Shown in pieces: positions 9,139 through 18,205 of a DNA stretch of 27,992 nucleotides. The first letter of the stretch is position 1. Each line of letters opens with the position of its first letter. Position numbers and translations under genes: made by a program. The DNA is from Candidatus Limisoma intestinavium. GTDB taxonomy: Bacteria; Bacteroidota; Bacteroidia; Bacteroidales; Muribaculaceae. Location: the NCBI GenBank assembly GCA_018714885.1, contig DVMS01000067.1:1-27992 (forward strand), given 5' to 3'. The notes below the pieces were generated by a model. That model had not been told where the DNA came from and ran no database searches. It saw nothing but the letters and a program-made list of their open reading frames with translations.

Positions 9139-9785
9139 ATGAAGAATATGTATTAAAAGCGCCTTACATGCCGGAACTTGACAAATTGCCAATGGATGCA
9201 GTTTGCGACTACTTGGAATTGCATGTTTCCAAATACGGCATAAATTGCGTGAACTGGAAAGACAGATTCCCGTATCATCCGATTGCCATTTTTTCAATTG
9301 CCCGCGGTGAAAAATACTTGTATGTCAATTATTTCGTACGGTGCAATTATTTGCGAGCTGTAAATTATGAAAATAATAAGAGTGTCAGCGAAGATAGTTG
9401 TGTGGAATTTTTCCTTCAATTGCCGGATAGCGACGAATATTGGAATTTTGAGTTTAATTGCATAGGTGCCGTTAATGCGTCCCATAGAAAAGATCGCAAG
9501 CATCCGTGCCGTTTGTCGGACGATGAGATTGCGACGATTAAGCGATACGCATCTTGCGGCAACAAGCCATTCAACGAGATGGAAGGGATGTTTAATTGGA
9601 GCTTGACGATTGCCATTCCATTCTCATTGATTGGACTGACCGCATTCCCTGCAGAAATTAAAGGGAATTTTTATAAATGTGCTTCTGCCACAAAAATGCC
9701 GCATTATTTGAGCTGGGCGCCAATTCGGACGGAAAATCCGGATTTCCATCGTCCGGAGTTTTTCGGAAAGATCTGTTTGGAATGA
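9135..9785 (+). CDS. Carbohydrate-binding family 9-like (DOMON-like) protein without signal peptide
   Basis: 216 aa; DSCVEFF, YWNFEFNCIG, GNFYKC, PHYLSW, PDFHRPEFFG; ATGA overlap with the LysE gene. Confidence 0.78.
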   Translation: MNEEYVLKAPYMPELDKLPMDAVCDYLELHVSKYGINCVNWKDRFPYHPIAIFSIARGEKYLYVNYFVRCNYLRAVNYENNKSVSEDSCVEFFLQLPDSDEYWNFEFNCIGAVNASHRKDRKHPCRLSDDEIATIKRYASCGNKPFNEMEGMFNWSLTIAIPFSLIGLTAFPAEIKGNFYKCASATKMPHYLSWAPIRTENPDFHRPEFFGKICLE

Positions 9786-9795
9786 GCTTCCATGC

Positions 9796-10548
9796 TTATC
9801 GCGGGAAATTAAATCCCTGCGATTCGATGAAGTCGTAATATATCTTTGAATATTTTTCGTTGTCTGCTTTTGTGTATCGCACGTCCGTGAATACTTGCGC
9901 GAGGTGGCTTTTCCCATTTTCGGCAACATATTTCATGTTGAGAGGCTTAGACTCTTTCTCGTGATAAATATCTCGTATTTCGGAAAGGGAATAGTCGCGG
10001 TATATCTCTTGGTGAATAATCCCTTTTGTCGGAATTCTTTCGGCTTTTTCAGAGTTGTCGTCGGGAACGCCTAATGTCAAAGTCGTGATTGGAACAACGA
10101 ATTTCGGCAAATTGAGCACTTTCGCTATTTCATGGGCTGTATAAGTGGTAGTTCCCAAATAGCAACATCCATATCCGCAAGCCTCGGCAATAGTGTTGAA
10201 TTGTTGGGTTAAAATGATGGTGTCGATTGCGGCATATATAAATGCTTGAAAATTGCCGTATGAGGGCACGGCGTTTCCTGATTCGCACCATTTATTGAAC
10301 CGGTTGAAGTCTACGCAAAAAGTCAAGACCGCAGCTGCATTTTCTATTTGCGGTTGGTTAAAATGGCACGGAGCCAATTGTTTCTTTATTTCATCGGAGG
10401 AAGAAACGACAACACTGTAGAGTTGCATTCCTCCGGTTGTCGGAGCACATGCAGCAGCTTCAATCATTTTAAATATTTCCGATTCGGAAATATTTTTATT
10501 TTTATATTTTCGGATAGTTTTCCGTGTCGTGAAAAAATCTAAGTTCAT
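9796..10548 (-). CDS. Nitroreductase family NADPH-flavin oxidoreductase (NfsA/Frp-like)
   Basis: 250 aa; RKTIRKY, APTTGGMQLYSVV, GYGCCYLGT, LTLGVP. Confidence 0.9.
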   Translation of the reverse strand: MNLDFFTTRKTIRKYKNKNISESEIFKMIEAAACAPTTGGMQLYSVVVSSSDEIKKQLAPCHFNQPQIENAAAVLTFCVDFNRFNKWCESGNAVPSYGNFQAFIYAAIDTIILTQQFNTIAEACGYGCCYLGTTTYTAHEIAKVLNLPKFVVPITTLTLGVPDDNSEKAERIPTKGIIHQEIYRDYSLSEIRDIYHEKESKPLNMKYVAENGKSHLAQVFTDVRYTKADNEKYSKIYYDFIESQGFNFPR

Positions 10549-10568
10549 TGCTTGCTAATATTTCCAGA

Positions 10569-10600
10569 CAAAGATAAGATATTAAAAGTATTTTGACAAA
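10569..10600 (-). promoter_or_regulatory. Promoter of the nitroreductase gene
   Basis: Minus strand TTTG(10600-10597)-N20-TATCTTTG(10576-10569), full consensus. Confidence 0.8.
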
Positions 10601-10799
10601 TAAAATTATTTTTGAATTCCGTAAAGCCGGATTTCGGTGGTTTTATAAATTAATTTGACGGTTTGGCATGGTGTTTCGGCAGGGATAAAAAATATTTCGG
10701 ATGTGATGAAAATTTTCTTTTTGGAAAACTATTTGGAGTTCTTTATTTTTTAATATATTGATTTATAATGATATATATTTTGTAAAGTACAAATTAGTC

Positions 10800-10821
10800 A
10801 ACTCTGTTTAAAAACAGAGTT
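10800..10821. promoter_or_regulatory. Perfect 22-bp inverted repeat, candidate operator
   Basis: AACTCTGTTT-AA-AAACAGAGTT; 10-bp arms and a 2-nt spacer, ending 6 bp upstream of the putative nrdJ -33 element. Confidence 0.5.
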
Positions 10822-10827
10822 ATTCAT

Positions 10828-10858
10828 TTTGTAGATATATTTAATTTGCCAACCTTTG
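10828..10858 (+). promoter_or_regulatory. Candidate nrdJ promoter
   Basis: TTTG(10828-10831)-N19-AACCTTTG(10851-10858); one mismatch in the -7 element. Confidence 0.55.
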
Positions 10859-10890
10859 CAAAGTTGAATATTAAAATAAACTTTTTCTAT

Positions 10891-13431
10891 ATGGAACCTG
10901 TCATTTACACCTATGATGAGGCTTTTAAAGCATCGTGCGATTACTTTAAGGGCGACGAGTTGGCTGCGCGGGTGTGGGTCAACAAATATGCCTTGAAAGA
11001 TTCGTTTGGCAATATTTATGAAAAAACTCCCGACGATATGCATCGTCGCTTGGCGAGGGAAATGGCGCGCATAGAAAAGAAATATGCGAACCCGATGTCC
11101 GAAGATCAAATTTTCAATTTGCTAAAAGACTTTAGATATATTGTGCCGCAGGGTAGCCCGATGGCCGGAATTGGCAATAATTATCAGATTGGGTCTTTAT
11201 CGAATTGTTTCGTTATTGGACTAGATGGTGCTCCTGATTCCTATGGCGGTGTCATCAAAATCGACGAAGAGCAAGTGCAATTGATGAAGCGGCGCGGCGG
11301 TGTAGGGCACGATTTGTCGCATATTCGCCCAAAAGGTTCTCCCGTGAAAAATTCAGCATTGACGTCGACGGGGCTTGTCCCATTTATGGAGCGTTATTCC
11401 AATTCCACACGCGAAGTGGCGCAAGATGGAAGACGCGGGGCGTTGATGTTGTCTGTCAGCATAAAACATCCGGACAGTGAAGCGTTCATTGACGCGAAGA
11501 TGACGGAAGGAAAGGTTACCGGAGCGAATGTGTCGGTGCGTATCGATGATGATTTCATGAAAGCAGTGGAATCCGGAACCGACTACGAACAGAAATATCC
11601 TGTCGACAGTTCGAATCCGCTTGTGTCGAAAATGATTGACGCAAAAGCGCTATGGCGTAAAATCGTGCATAATGCATGGAAAAGCGCAGAACCCGGTGTC
11701 TTGTTTTGGGATACCATCACGCGTGAGTCTGTGCCGGATTGCTATGCGGATCTTGGCTTTAAGACCATATCGACCAATCCATGCGGAGAAATACCGTTGT
11801 GTCCGTATGACAGCTGCCGGTTGATAGCTGTGAATTTGTATTCTTATGTAAAAGACCCGTTTACGGAAAAAGCATCGTTCGATTTCGAATTGTTTAAAGA
11901 GCATATAGGATATGCGCAGCGACTGATGGACGATATCATTGATTTGGAAATGGAAAAGATTGATAAAATCTTGGATAAAATCAATTCTGATCCGGAAACC
12001 GATGAAGTGAAAGAAACGGAACTGCATTTATGGAATAAGATACGCAATAAGACATTGCAAGGTCGTCGCACGGGAGTCGGCACGACGGGCGAAGGAGACA
12101 TGATTGCTGCAATGGGGTTGCGCTATGGAACTCCGGAAGCAACAAACTTCTCGGTGCAAGTGCATAAAACATTGGCAGTCGCGGCTTATCGTTCATCTGT
12201 CAACATGGCCAAGGAACGAGGCGCATTTTCAATCTTTGATGCGAAACGCGAGGCAAACAATCCGTTTGTCAACAGAATCAAAGCGGAAGATCCGGCTTTA
12301 TATGAAGACATGGTCAAATACGGACGACGAAACATTGCTTGCTTGACGATTGCCCCGACGGGAACAACGAGCCTGATGACGCAGACTACATCGGGAATAG
12401 AGCCGGTGTTTATGCCGGTCTATAAACGGAGACGGAAAGTAAATCCGAACGATCCGAGCGTACATGTGGATTATACGGATGAAACCGGCGACGCATTTGA
12501 GGAATATATCGTTTATCATCATAAGTTCATCACATGGATGAAGATAAACGGGATTGAGGTGAAGGATAAATATACGCAAGAGGAATTGGACGATTTGGTA
12601 AAACGGTCGCCCTACTACAAAGCGACAGCCAACGACATTAATTGGCTGGAAAAAGTGAAGATGCAAGGGGCAATCCAGAAATGGGTCGATCATTCAATCA
12701 GCGTGACTATAAATTTGCCTGCAGATGTGACAGAAGATTTGATAGATGAATTGTACATGCATGCATGGAAAGAAGGGTGCAAAGGGTGTACGGTTTATCG
12801 TGAGGGCTCTCGTTCGGGTGTGCTTGTCGCTACGCAGAAAGAGGAAAAGAAGCCGCAATTGCATTCTCCTTTTGAGGAACAATATGTGTTGAAGCGTCCG
12901 ATAGAATTGGATGCCGACGTCGTGAGATTCCAGAATAATAAAGAAAAATGGATTGCTTTTGTAGGCTTGCTGAATGGCAAACCCTATGAGATATTTACGG
13001 GCCTTGCAGACGATGAAGATGGCATATTCTGCCCTAAATCTGTGACGAAAGGGAAGATTATAAAATCTTTTGACGAAAATGGAAATAAGCATTACGACTT
13101 CCAATTTGTCAATCGCAGAGGATACAAGACGACTATCGAAGGCCTTTCGGATAAGTTTAATCCGGAGTATTGGAATTATGCGAAGTTGATTTCAGGAGTG
13201 CTTCGTTATGGCATGCCAATCGACCAAATTATCAAATTGGTAGGAAGCCTTGAATTGAATAGCGAATCGATCAATACTTGGAAGATGGGTGTGGAAAGAG
13301 CATTGAAGAAATATCTTCCTGATGGCACAAAAGCTAATGGGCAGAAGTGTCCGAATTGCGGCCAAGAGACTTTGATTTATCAAGAAGGTTGCTTGATTTG
13401 CACTTCGTGTGGCACATCGAGATGCGGATAG
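10891..13431 (+). CDS. nrdJ: Class II adenosylcobalamin-dependent ribonucleoside-diphosphate reductase
   Basis: LSNCFV, RRGGGVG, TNPCGEIPL (thiyl-radical Cys), TIAPTGT, SISVTIN, CKGCTVYR and C-terminal CPNCG..CTSCG..CG; no N-terminal ATP-cone and no partner R2 gene. Start placed at ATG 10891. Confidence 0.95.
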   Translation: MEPVIYTYDEAFKASCDYFKGDELAARVWVNKYALKDSFGNIYEKTPDDMHRRLAREMARIEKKYANPMSEDQIFNLLKDFRYIVPQGSPMAGIGNNYQIGSLSNCFVIGLDGAPDSYGGVIKIDEEQVQLMKRRGGVGHDLSHIRPKGSPVKNSALTSTGLVPFMERYSNSTREVAQDGRRGALMLSVSIKHPDSEAFIDAKMTEGKVTGANVSVRIDDDFMKAVESGTDYEQKYPVDSSNPLVSKMIDAKALWRKIVHNAWKSAEPGVLFWDTITRESVPDCYADLGFKTISTNPCGEIPLCPYDSCRLIAVNLYSYVKDPFTEKASFDFELFKEHIGYAQRLMDDIIDLEMEKIDKILDKINSDPETDEVKETELHLWNKIRNKTLQGRRTGVGTTGEGDMIAAMGLRYGTPEATNFSVQVHKTLAVAAYRSSVNMAKERGAFSIFDAKREANNPFVNRIKAEDPALYEDMVKYGRRNIACLTIAPTGTTSLMTQTTSGIEPVFMPVYKRRRKVNPNDPSVHVDYTDETGDAFEEYIVYHHKFITWMKINGIEVKDKYTQEELDDLVKRSPYYKATANDINWLEKVKMQGAIQKWVDHSISVTINLPADVTEDLIDELYMHAWKEGCKGCTVYREGSRSGVLVATQKEEKKPQLHSPFEEQYVLKRPIELDADVVRFQNNKEKWIAFVGLLNGKPYEIFTGLADDEDGIFCPKSVTKGKIIKSFDENGNKHYDFQFVNRRGYKTTIEGLSDKFNPEYWNYAKLISGVLRYGMPIDQIIKLVGSLELNSESINTWKMGVERALKKYLPDGTKANGQKCPNCGQETLIYQEGCLICTSCGTSRCG

Positions 13432-13452
13432 CGCAGAAACTTTTATGCATAA

Positions 13453-16137
13453 ATGAAACTCATTTTCAAGATAAACTATCGCACGGCATGGGGCGAACGC
13501 TTATATGTCGTCGGAAACATAGCAGCATTAGGCAACGGGGAGAGAAGTAAAGCTCTCCCGTTGTCGTATGTTGGAGATGGAATGTGGATGGCATCTGTGT
13601 CGCTTGTCCGAATGAAGACGGAAATTTGCTATTCTTATTTTGTTGTGTCGGATAAAGGCGGCATTCGTGCGGAATGGGGGAATCCTCACCGCTTCCGGAA
13701 AGTGAAAGATGCGGAATGTGTCGAATTGCGCGACAGCTGGCAAGAGCGTCCGGCGGACAAATACTATTATTCCACGATGTTTTCTTCGGTTGTTTTTCGC
13801 AGGGAAAATCGTGCAAAAGACGTCATCATGCCGATTTCGCGATATGCGTTGGTTCGAGTATCAGCTCCATCTGTCAAACCAAATGAAGATTTGTTGATTG
13901 TCGGCAATTGCCAGATGCTTGGAAATTGGGATGTTTCCAAAGCATTGAAAATGTCGGATTCCAACTATCCCGAATGGAGGGCCTTGATTCCTTTGAATGC
14001 GATGAAAGGCGTGGTGGAATACAAGTTCGTGAAACGAAATCGTGAAACAGGGCAAGAATATTGGGATAATTGCGACAATCGGATATTGGACGTGTCTGTG
14101 CCGGAGGAACAAAAACATGCAATCATTGTTTCCGGGTTGAAATTTTGCGATTCGGAACGGCCTTGGCGTGGTGCCGGAACGGCGATTCCTGTCTTTTCCA
14201 TTCGGACAGAAGACGATTTTGGAGTCGGAGATTTCCTAAGCATTAAGAAAATGGTGGATTGGCTTTCGGAAACAGGGCAATGCGTATTGCAATTGCTTCC
14301 TGTCAACGATACGACTTTAACTCGGACATGGATGGATTCTTATCCATATAACGCTAATTCTACGTTTGCCTTGCATCCGATGTATTTAAATTTGAAAGCG
14401 ATTGGAGAGTTGAAAGACATCAATCGTCGACGCTATTATGACAAGATTGCAGATGAATTGAATTCTTTGCCGCAAGTCGATTATGAGCGCGTCAATGCTG
14501 AAAAATCGCATTATGCAAGGGAGATTTATGATGAAATCGGGGGTACTGTTACCCGAACAAATGAATTTCGGCAGTTTGTCGAAGAAAACATCTATTGGCT
14601 GAAAAATTATGCAGCTTTTTGTTTCTTGAGAGATAAATTTGGCACGGCTGATTTTTCGAACTGGGGAGAAAATGCTGTTTTTAACCAAGCACAAATAGAT
14701 GCGTTGTGCGAAGCGAATCCGAAAGAAATAGAGTTTGTATATTTTGTGCAATTTTATTTGCATAAGCAATTGCGAGAGGCTCGTGATTATGCTCATGCCC
14801 ATGGAGTCGCATTGAAAGGTGACATTCCGATTGGAATCAGCCGAACAAGCGTAGATGCTTGGACGAATCCGGAATTGTTTAATATGGATTTTCAAGCAGG
14901 AGCGCCACCGGACGATTTTTCCAAAGAGGGACAAAATTGGGGATTCCCGACATATAATTGGGAGCGAATGGCATCGGACGGATTCCTTTGGTGGAAAAAC
15001 CGAATGCGTAAAATGTCGGAATATTTTGATTTGTATAGAATTGATCATATTCTTGGTTTTTTCCGGATTTGGCAAGTTCCAATTTCAGAGATACATGGGT
15101 TGTTAGGGCGTTTTTATCCCGCTTTGCCCTTGTCGGTCGAGGAATTGTCGAAACGGTATGGGTTTCATTTGCAGCCGGAAGAACATTTGAGCCCCTACAT
15201 AACAGATGATACCGTCGAAGAGCTTTTTGGCAATTATGCCGAGGCCGCAAAGAGCAGATTCCTGCGACCAATCGGAAATCAGCGTTATGCCTTGAAAGAC
15301 AGTGTCGATACGCAACGGAAGGTCGAAATGTATTTTGCCGGAAAATCGGCATCTTCGCAAAACCGTATAATGGAAACGGCTCTTTACCGATTGATTGACG
15401 ATGTGTTGTTTGTCGAGGATTCCGTGGAGAAGGGCAAATATCATCCGCGTATTGCCGCTCAAAGTACAAGCGCTTATGCTGCATTGCCGGAAGCCGAGCA
15501 AGCAGCCTTTAATGCAGCGTATAACGATTTCTATTATCATCGGCACAATGAGTATTGGTTTGAAGAAGCGATGAAGAAGTTGCCGGAGCTTGTCGAATCT
15601 ACCGACATGCTTGCATGTGGCGAAGATTTGGGCATGATACCCGATTGCGTGCCTATGGCAATGAGGGAACTTCAAATTTTGTCGCTTGAAATACAAAGGA
15701 TGCCTAAAATTTTAGGAATTGAATTTGGCGAGCCTCTGCGTTATCCTTATTTGTCGGTTTGCACTACTTCAACCCATGATATGTGTGGTATCCGGCAATG
15801 GTGGGAAGAAAATTATGAGCGATCCCAACGTTTTTTTAGGATAATGTTGGAGCAGCAAGGCGAAGCACCCTCGAATGCTGAACCGTGGATTTGCGATTCG
15901 ATAGTTGATCGTCATTTGAAATCTCCTGCGATGCTGGCAATCTTGCCTTGGCAGGATTGGATATCTATTGATGGAGAATTGAGGTATTCGAATCCTTGCG
16001 ACGAGCAGATTAATGAGCCTTCAAATCCGCGACATTATTGGCGATACCGTATGCATCTTACGGTTGAGAAGTTATTACGTTCTGCCGTATTTAATTCAAA
16101 TCTTCGAAACAAAGTAAGAAATGCCGGCAGGGGATAA
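13453..16137 (+). CDS. malQ: 4-alpha-glucanotransferase (GH77) with two N-terminal CBM20-like modules
   Basis: 894 aa; two VVGN..LG.W-type starch-binding repeats; catalytic YRIDHILGFFR, GEDLG and TTSTHDM motifs. Confidence 0.95.
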   Translation: MKLIFKINYRTAWGERLYVVGNIAALGNGERSKALPLSYVGDGMWMASVSLVRMKTEICYSYFVVSDKGGIRAEWGNPHRFRKVKDAECVELRDSWQERPADKYYYSTMFSSVVFRRENRAKDVIMPISRYALVRVSAPSVKPNEDLLIVGNCQMLGNWDVSKALKMSDSNYPEWRALIPLNAMKGVVEYKFVKRNRETGQEYWDNCDNRILDVSVPEEQKHAIIVSGLKFCDSERPWRGAGTAIPVFSIRTEDDFGVGDFLSIKKMVDWLSETGQCVLQLLPVNDTTLTRTWMDSYPYNANSTFALHPMYLNLKAIGELKDINRRRYYDKIADELNSLPQVDYERVNAEKSHYAREIYDEIGGTVTRTNEFRQFVEENIYWLKNYAAFCFLRDKFGTADFSNWGENAVFNQAQIDALCEANPKEIEFVYFVQFYLHKQLREARDYAHAHGVALKGDIPIGISRTSVDAWTNPELFNMDFQAGAPPDDFSKEGQNWGFPTYNWERMASDGFLWWKNRMRKMSEYFDLYRIDHILGFFRIWQVPISEIHGLLGRFYPALPLSVEELSKRYGFHLQPEEHLSPYITDDTVEELFGNYAEAAKSRFLRPIGNQRYALKDSVDTQRKVEMYFAGKSASSQNRIMETALYRLIDDVLFVEDSVEKGKYHPRIAAQSTSAYAALPEAEQAAFNAAYNDFYYHRHNEYWFEEAMKKLPELVESTDMLACGEDLGMIPDCVPMAMRELQILSLEIQRMPKILGIEFGEPLRYPYLSVCTTSTHDMCGIRQWWEENYERSQRFFRIMLEQQGEAPSNAEPWICDSIVDRHLKSPAMLAILPWQDWISIDGELRYSNPCDEQINEPSNPRHYWRYRMHLTVEKLLRSAVFNSNLRNKVRNAGRG

Positions 16138-16149
16138 TGATATTTTTAG

Positions 16150-16157
16150 TAAGTTTG
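16150..16157 (+). promoter_or_regulatory. -7 element upstream of ftsE-lysC-lysA
   Basis: TAAGTTTG in the 42-bp gap; no matching -33. Confidence 0.45.
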
Positions 16158-16179
16158 TGGGATAAAAAGCAGAAATCGC

Positions 16180-16872
16180 ATGGCAGCCATTATCGATTAT
16201 AAGAATGTTGAAATATACAGAAAGGAATTGCTTGTATTAAAGAATGTGAACTTTTCTCTCGACGAGGGACAATTCACATATTTGATAGGTCGTGTCGGGA
16301 GCGGCAAAAGCAGCCTGATGAAAACGATGTATGCAGAAATTCCGATAGAAGGCGGCGAGGCGCGAATTTTTAATTATGATTTGCGTGCCATCCGTCGAAA
16401 AGAAGTGCCGATGTTGCGTCGAAAGATTGGGGTCGTTTTTCAAGATTTCCAATTATTGTCCGATCGTTCCGTATACGACAATTTGCTGTTTGTCTTGAAA
16501 GCCACAGGATGGAAGAGCAAAATGGAAATTGACGAGCGTATTTCCACGGTGTTGAAAGAAGTAGGGATGGGTAACAAGTCATATAAAATGCCCCACGAGT
16601 TGTCCGGCGGCGAACAGCAGCGCATCGCCATCGCGAGAGCTTTGTTGAACAAACCATCTTTGATATTGGCTGATGAGCCGACCGGAAACCTTGATAATGA
16701 AACAGGCCGCCAAATCATGACATTATTGCATAGCATCTGCAAGGAAGGTACCGCGATTATCATGGCAACACATAATATTGGCTTGACGGTCGATTTCCCC
16801 GCGAGAATAGTGCGATGTGAGGATAAGAAGATTGTTGAGTGCGATCCCGTAAAAACAACGAAGGAAGAATGA
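16180..16872 (+). CDS. ftsE: ABC ATP-binding protein, FtsE-like
   Basis: Walker [43 protein letters not shown]. Confidence 0.82.
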   Translation: MAAIIDYKNVEIYRKELLVLKNVNFSLDEGQFTYLIGRVGSGKSSLMKTMYAEIPIEGGEARIFNYDLRAIRRKEVPMLRRKIGVVFQDFQLLSDRSVYDNLLFVLKATGWKSKMEIDERISTVLKEVGMGNKSYKMPHELSGGEQQRIAIARALLNKPSLILADEPTGNLDNETGRQIMTLLHSICKEGTAIIMATHNIGLTVDFPARIVRCEDKKIVECDPVKTTKEE

Positions 16873-18188
16873 AAGTTTTGAAATTCGGTGGCACCTCGGT
16901 GGGGTCGGCCGAGCGCATAGCGAAAGTTGCGGACATTATCACTGAAAGAGGCAAAAATATCGTCGTGCTTTCAGCAATGGCCGGAACGACTGACACGCTT
17001 GTAGAAATAACAGACTATTTGTATAAAAAAAATACAAGCGGAGCAAAAGAAACGATTAATAAATTGGAATGCCGATATGATCAGACAATAGGCAGTTTGT
17101 ATGATTCTGAAGCAGCAAAGCAACAAGCAAAAAACGAAATAAGAGCTTGTTTTAATTATTTGAGATCTCTTGTAAAGAACGTTTTTTCGGAAATAGAAGA
17201 AAAAGAGATACTTGCACAGGGAGAATTAATGTCGACAAGCATGATGGACGCTTATTTGCGAGAGAAAGGCGTGAAGTCTGTTTTGATACCGGCATTAGAT
17301 TATATGAAAATAGATTCGGACGACAATCCGGATTTGCAATATATAAAACAGCGGTTATCCAATTTGCTTGACAAATACCCAAAAGCTGATGTTTATATAA
17401 CGCAAGGCTATATTTGCCGAAATGCTCGCGGCGCGGTAGACAATCTTCATCGAGGAGGAAGCGACTATTCTGCTTCGTTGATAGGAGCCGCAATAGATGC
17501 AGAAGAAATTGAAATATGGACCGATATCGACGGAATGCACAACAACGACCCTCGTTATGTGGAAGGCACGCGTCCTGTCGAAAAATTGAATTTCGAAGAA
17601 GCGGCAGAATTGGCATATTTTGGAGCGAAGATATTGCATCCCGCTTGCATCCAACCTGCAAAATTGAACAATATACCGGTGCGCTTGCTGAACACGCTGG
17701 ATCCATTGGCACAGGGGACGTTGATTGGAAATGATTCAGTGGAAAACGCTATTAAGGCGATTGCTGCAAAAGACAATATTACAGTCATAAAAATAAAGTC
17801 AAGCCGGATGTTGCAAGCTTATGGATTTCTTAGAAAAGTGTTCGAAATTTTTGAGTCATATAAAACGCCTATTGACATGGTAGCGACATCAGAAGTAGGG
17901 GTGTCGGTATCGATCGACAATGAAAAAAAGATTGACGACATCGTCGACGAACTTCGTAAATTCGGGACTGTCACAATCGATCGCGATATGGTCATTATTT
18001 GCGTGGTAGGGAATCTTGCGTGGCAAAAAGGAGGCTATGAAGCGAAAGCGATTGCAGCATTGGAGGATATCCCGACACGAATGATTTGCTATGGTGGCAG
18101 TGACTATAATATTTCTTTTTTGGTGAGAAAGGAAGATAAGATAAAGGCACTTAACAGGCTTAGTGCCCAATTGTTTGACAAACATTGA
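16869..18188 (+). CDS. lysC: Aspartate kinase
   Basis: [46 protein letters not shown] and a C-terminal ACT region; true start ATG 16869 overlaps the ftsE stop (ATGA). Confidence 0.95.
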   Translation: MKVLKFGGTSVGSAERIAKVADIITERGKNIVVLSAMAGTTDTLVEITDYLYKKNTSGAKETINKLECRYDQTIGSLYDSEAAKQQAKNEIRACFNYLRSLVKNVFSEIEEKEILAQGELMSTSMMDAYLREKGVKSVLIPALDYMKIDSDDNPDLQYIKQRLSNLLDKYPKADVYITQGYICRNARGAVDNLHRGGSDYSASLIGAAIDAEEIEIWTDIDGMHNNDPRYVEGTRPVEKLNFEEAAELAYFGAKILHPACIQPAKLNNIPVRLLNTLDPLAQGTLIGNDSVENAIKAIAAKDNITVIKIKSSRMLQAYGFLRKVFEIFESYKTPIDMVATSEVGVSVSIDNEKKIDDIVDELRKFGTVTIDRDMVIICVVGNLAWQKGGYEAKAIAALEDIPTRMICYGGSDYNISFLVRKEDKIKALNRLSAQLFDKH

Positions 18189-18205
18189 AGAAATTAAATA
18201 CAGTT

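Noticed and set aside
10623-10644. Weak hairpin AAAGCCG-GATTT-CGGTGGTTTT
   Set aside because: Short bulged stem with no upstream gene on that strand to terminate.
10748-10783. Two ATATAT-core sequences loosely resembling NrdR boxes
   Set aside because: Matches rest on A/T positions in a very AT-rich tract, the conserved C/G flanks are mostly missing, the 20-bp offset differs from the usual tandem spacing, and NrdR is generally absent from this phylum.
10549-10890. Cobalamin riboswitch or replication origin in the long AT-rich intergenic region
   Set aside because: No B12-box or GC-rich aptamer core and no TTATCCACA-like DnaA boxes; the promoter seems to lie close to the start codon.
14386-15696. 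Several 197-229 aa antisense ORFs inside malQ
   Set aside because: Fully nested in a well-supported gene, with no motifs or promoter support.
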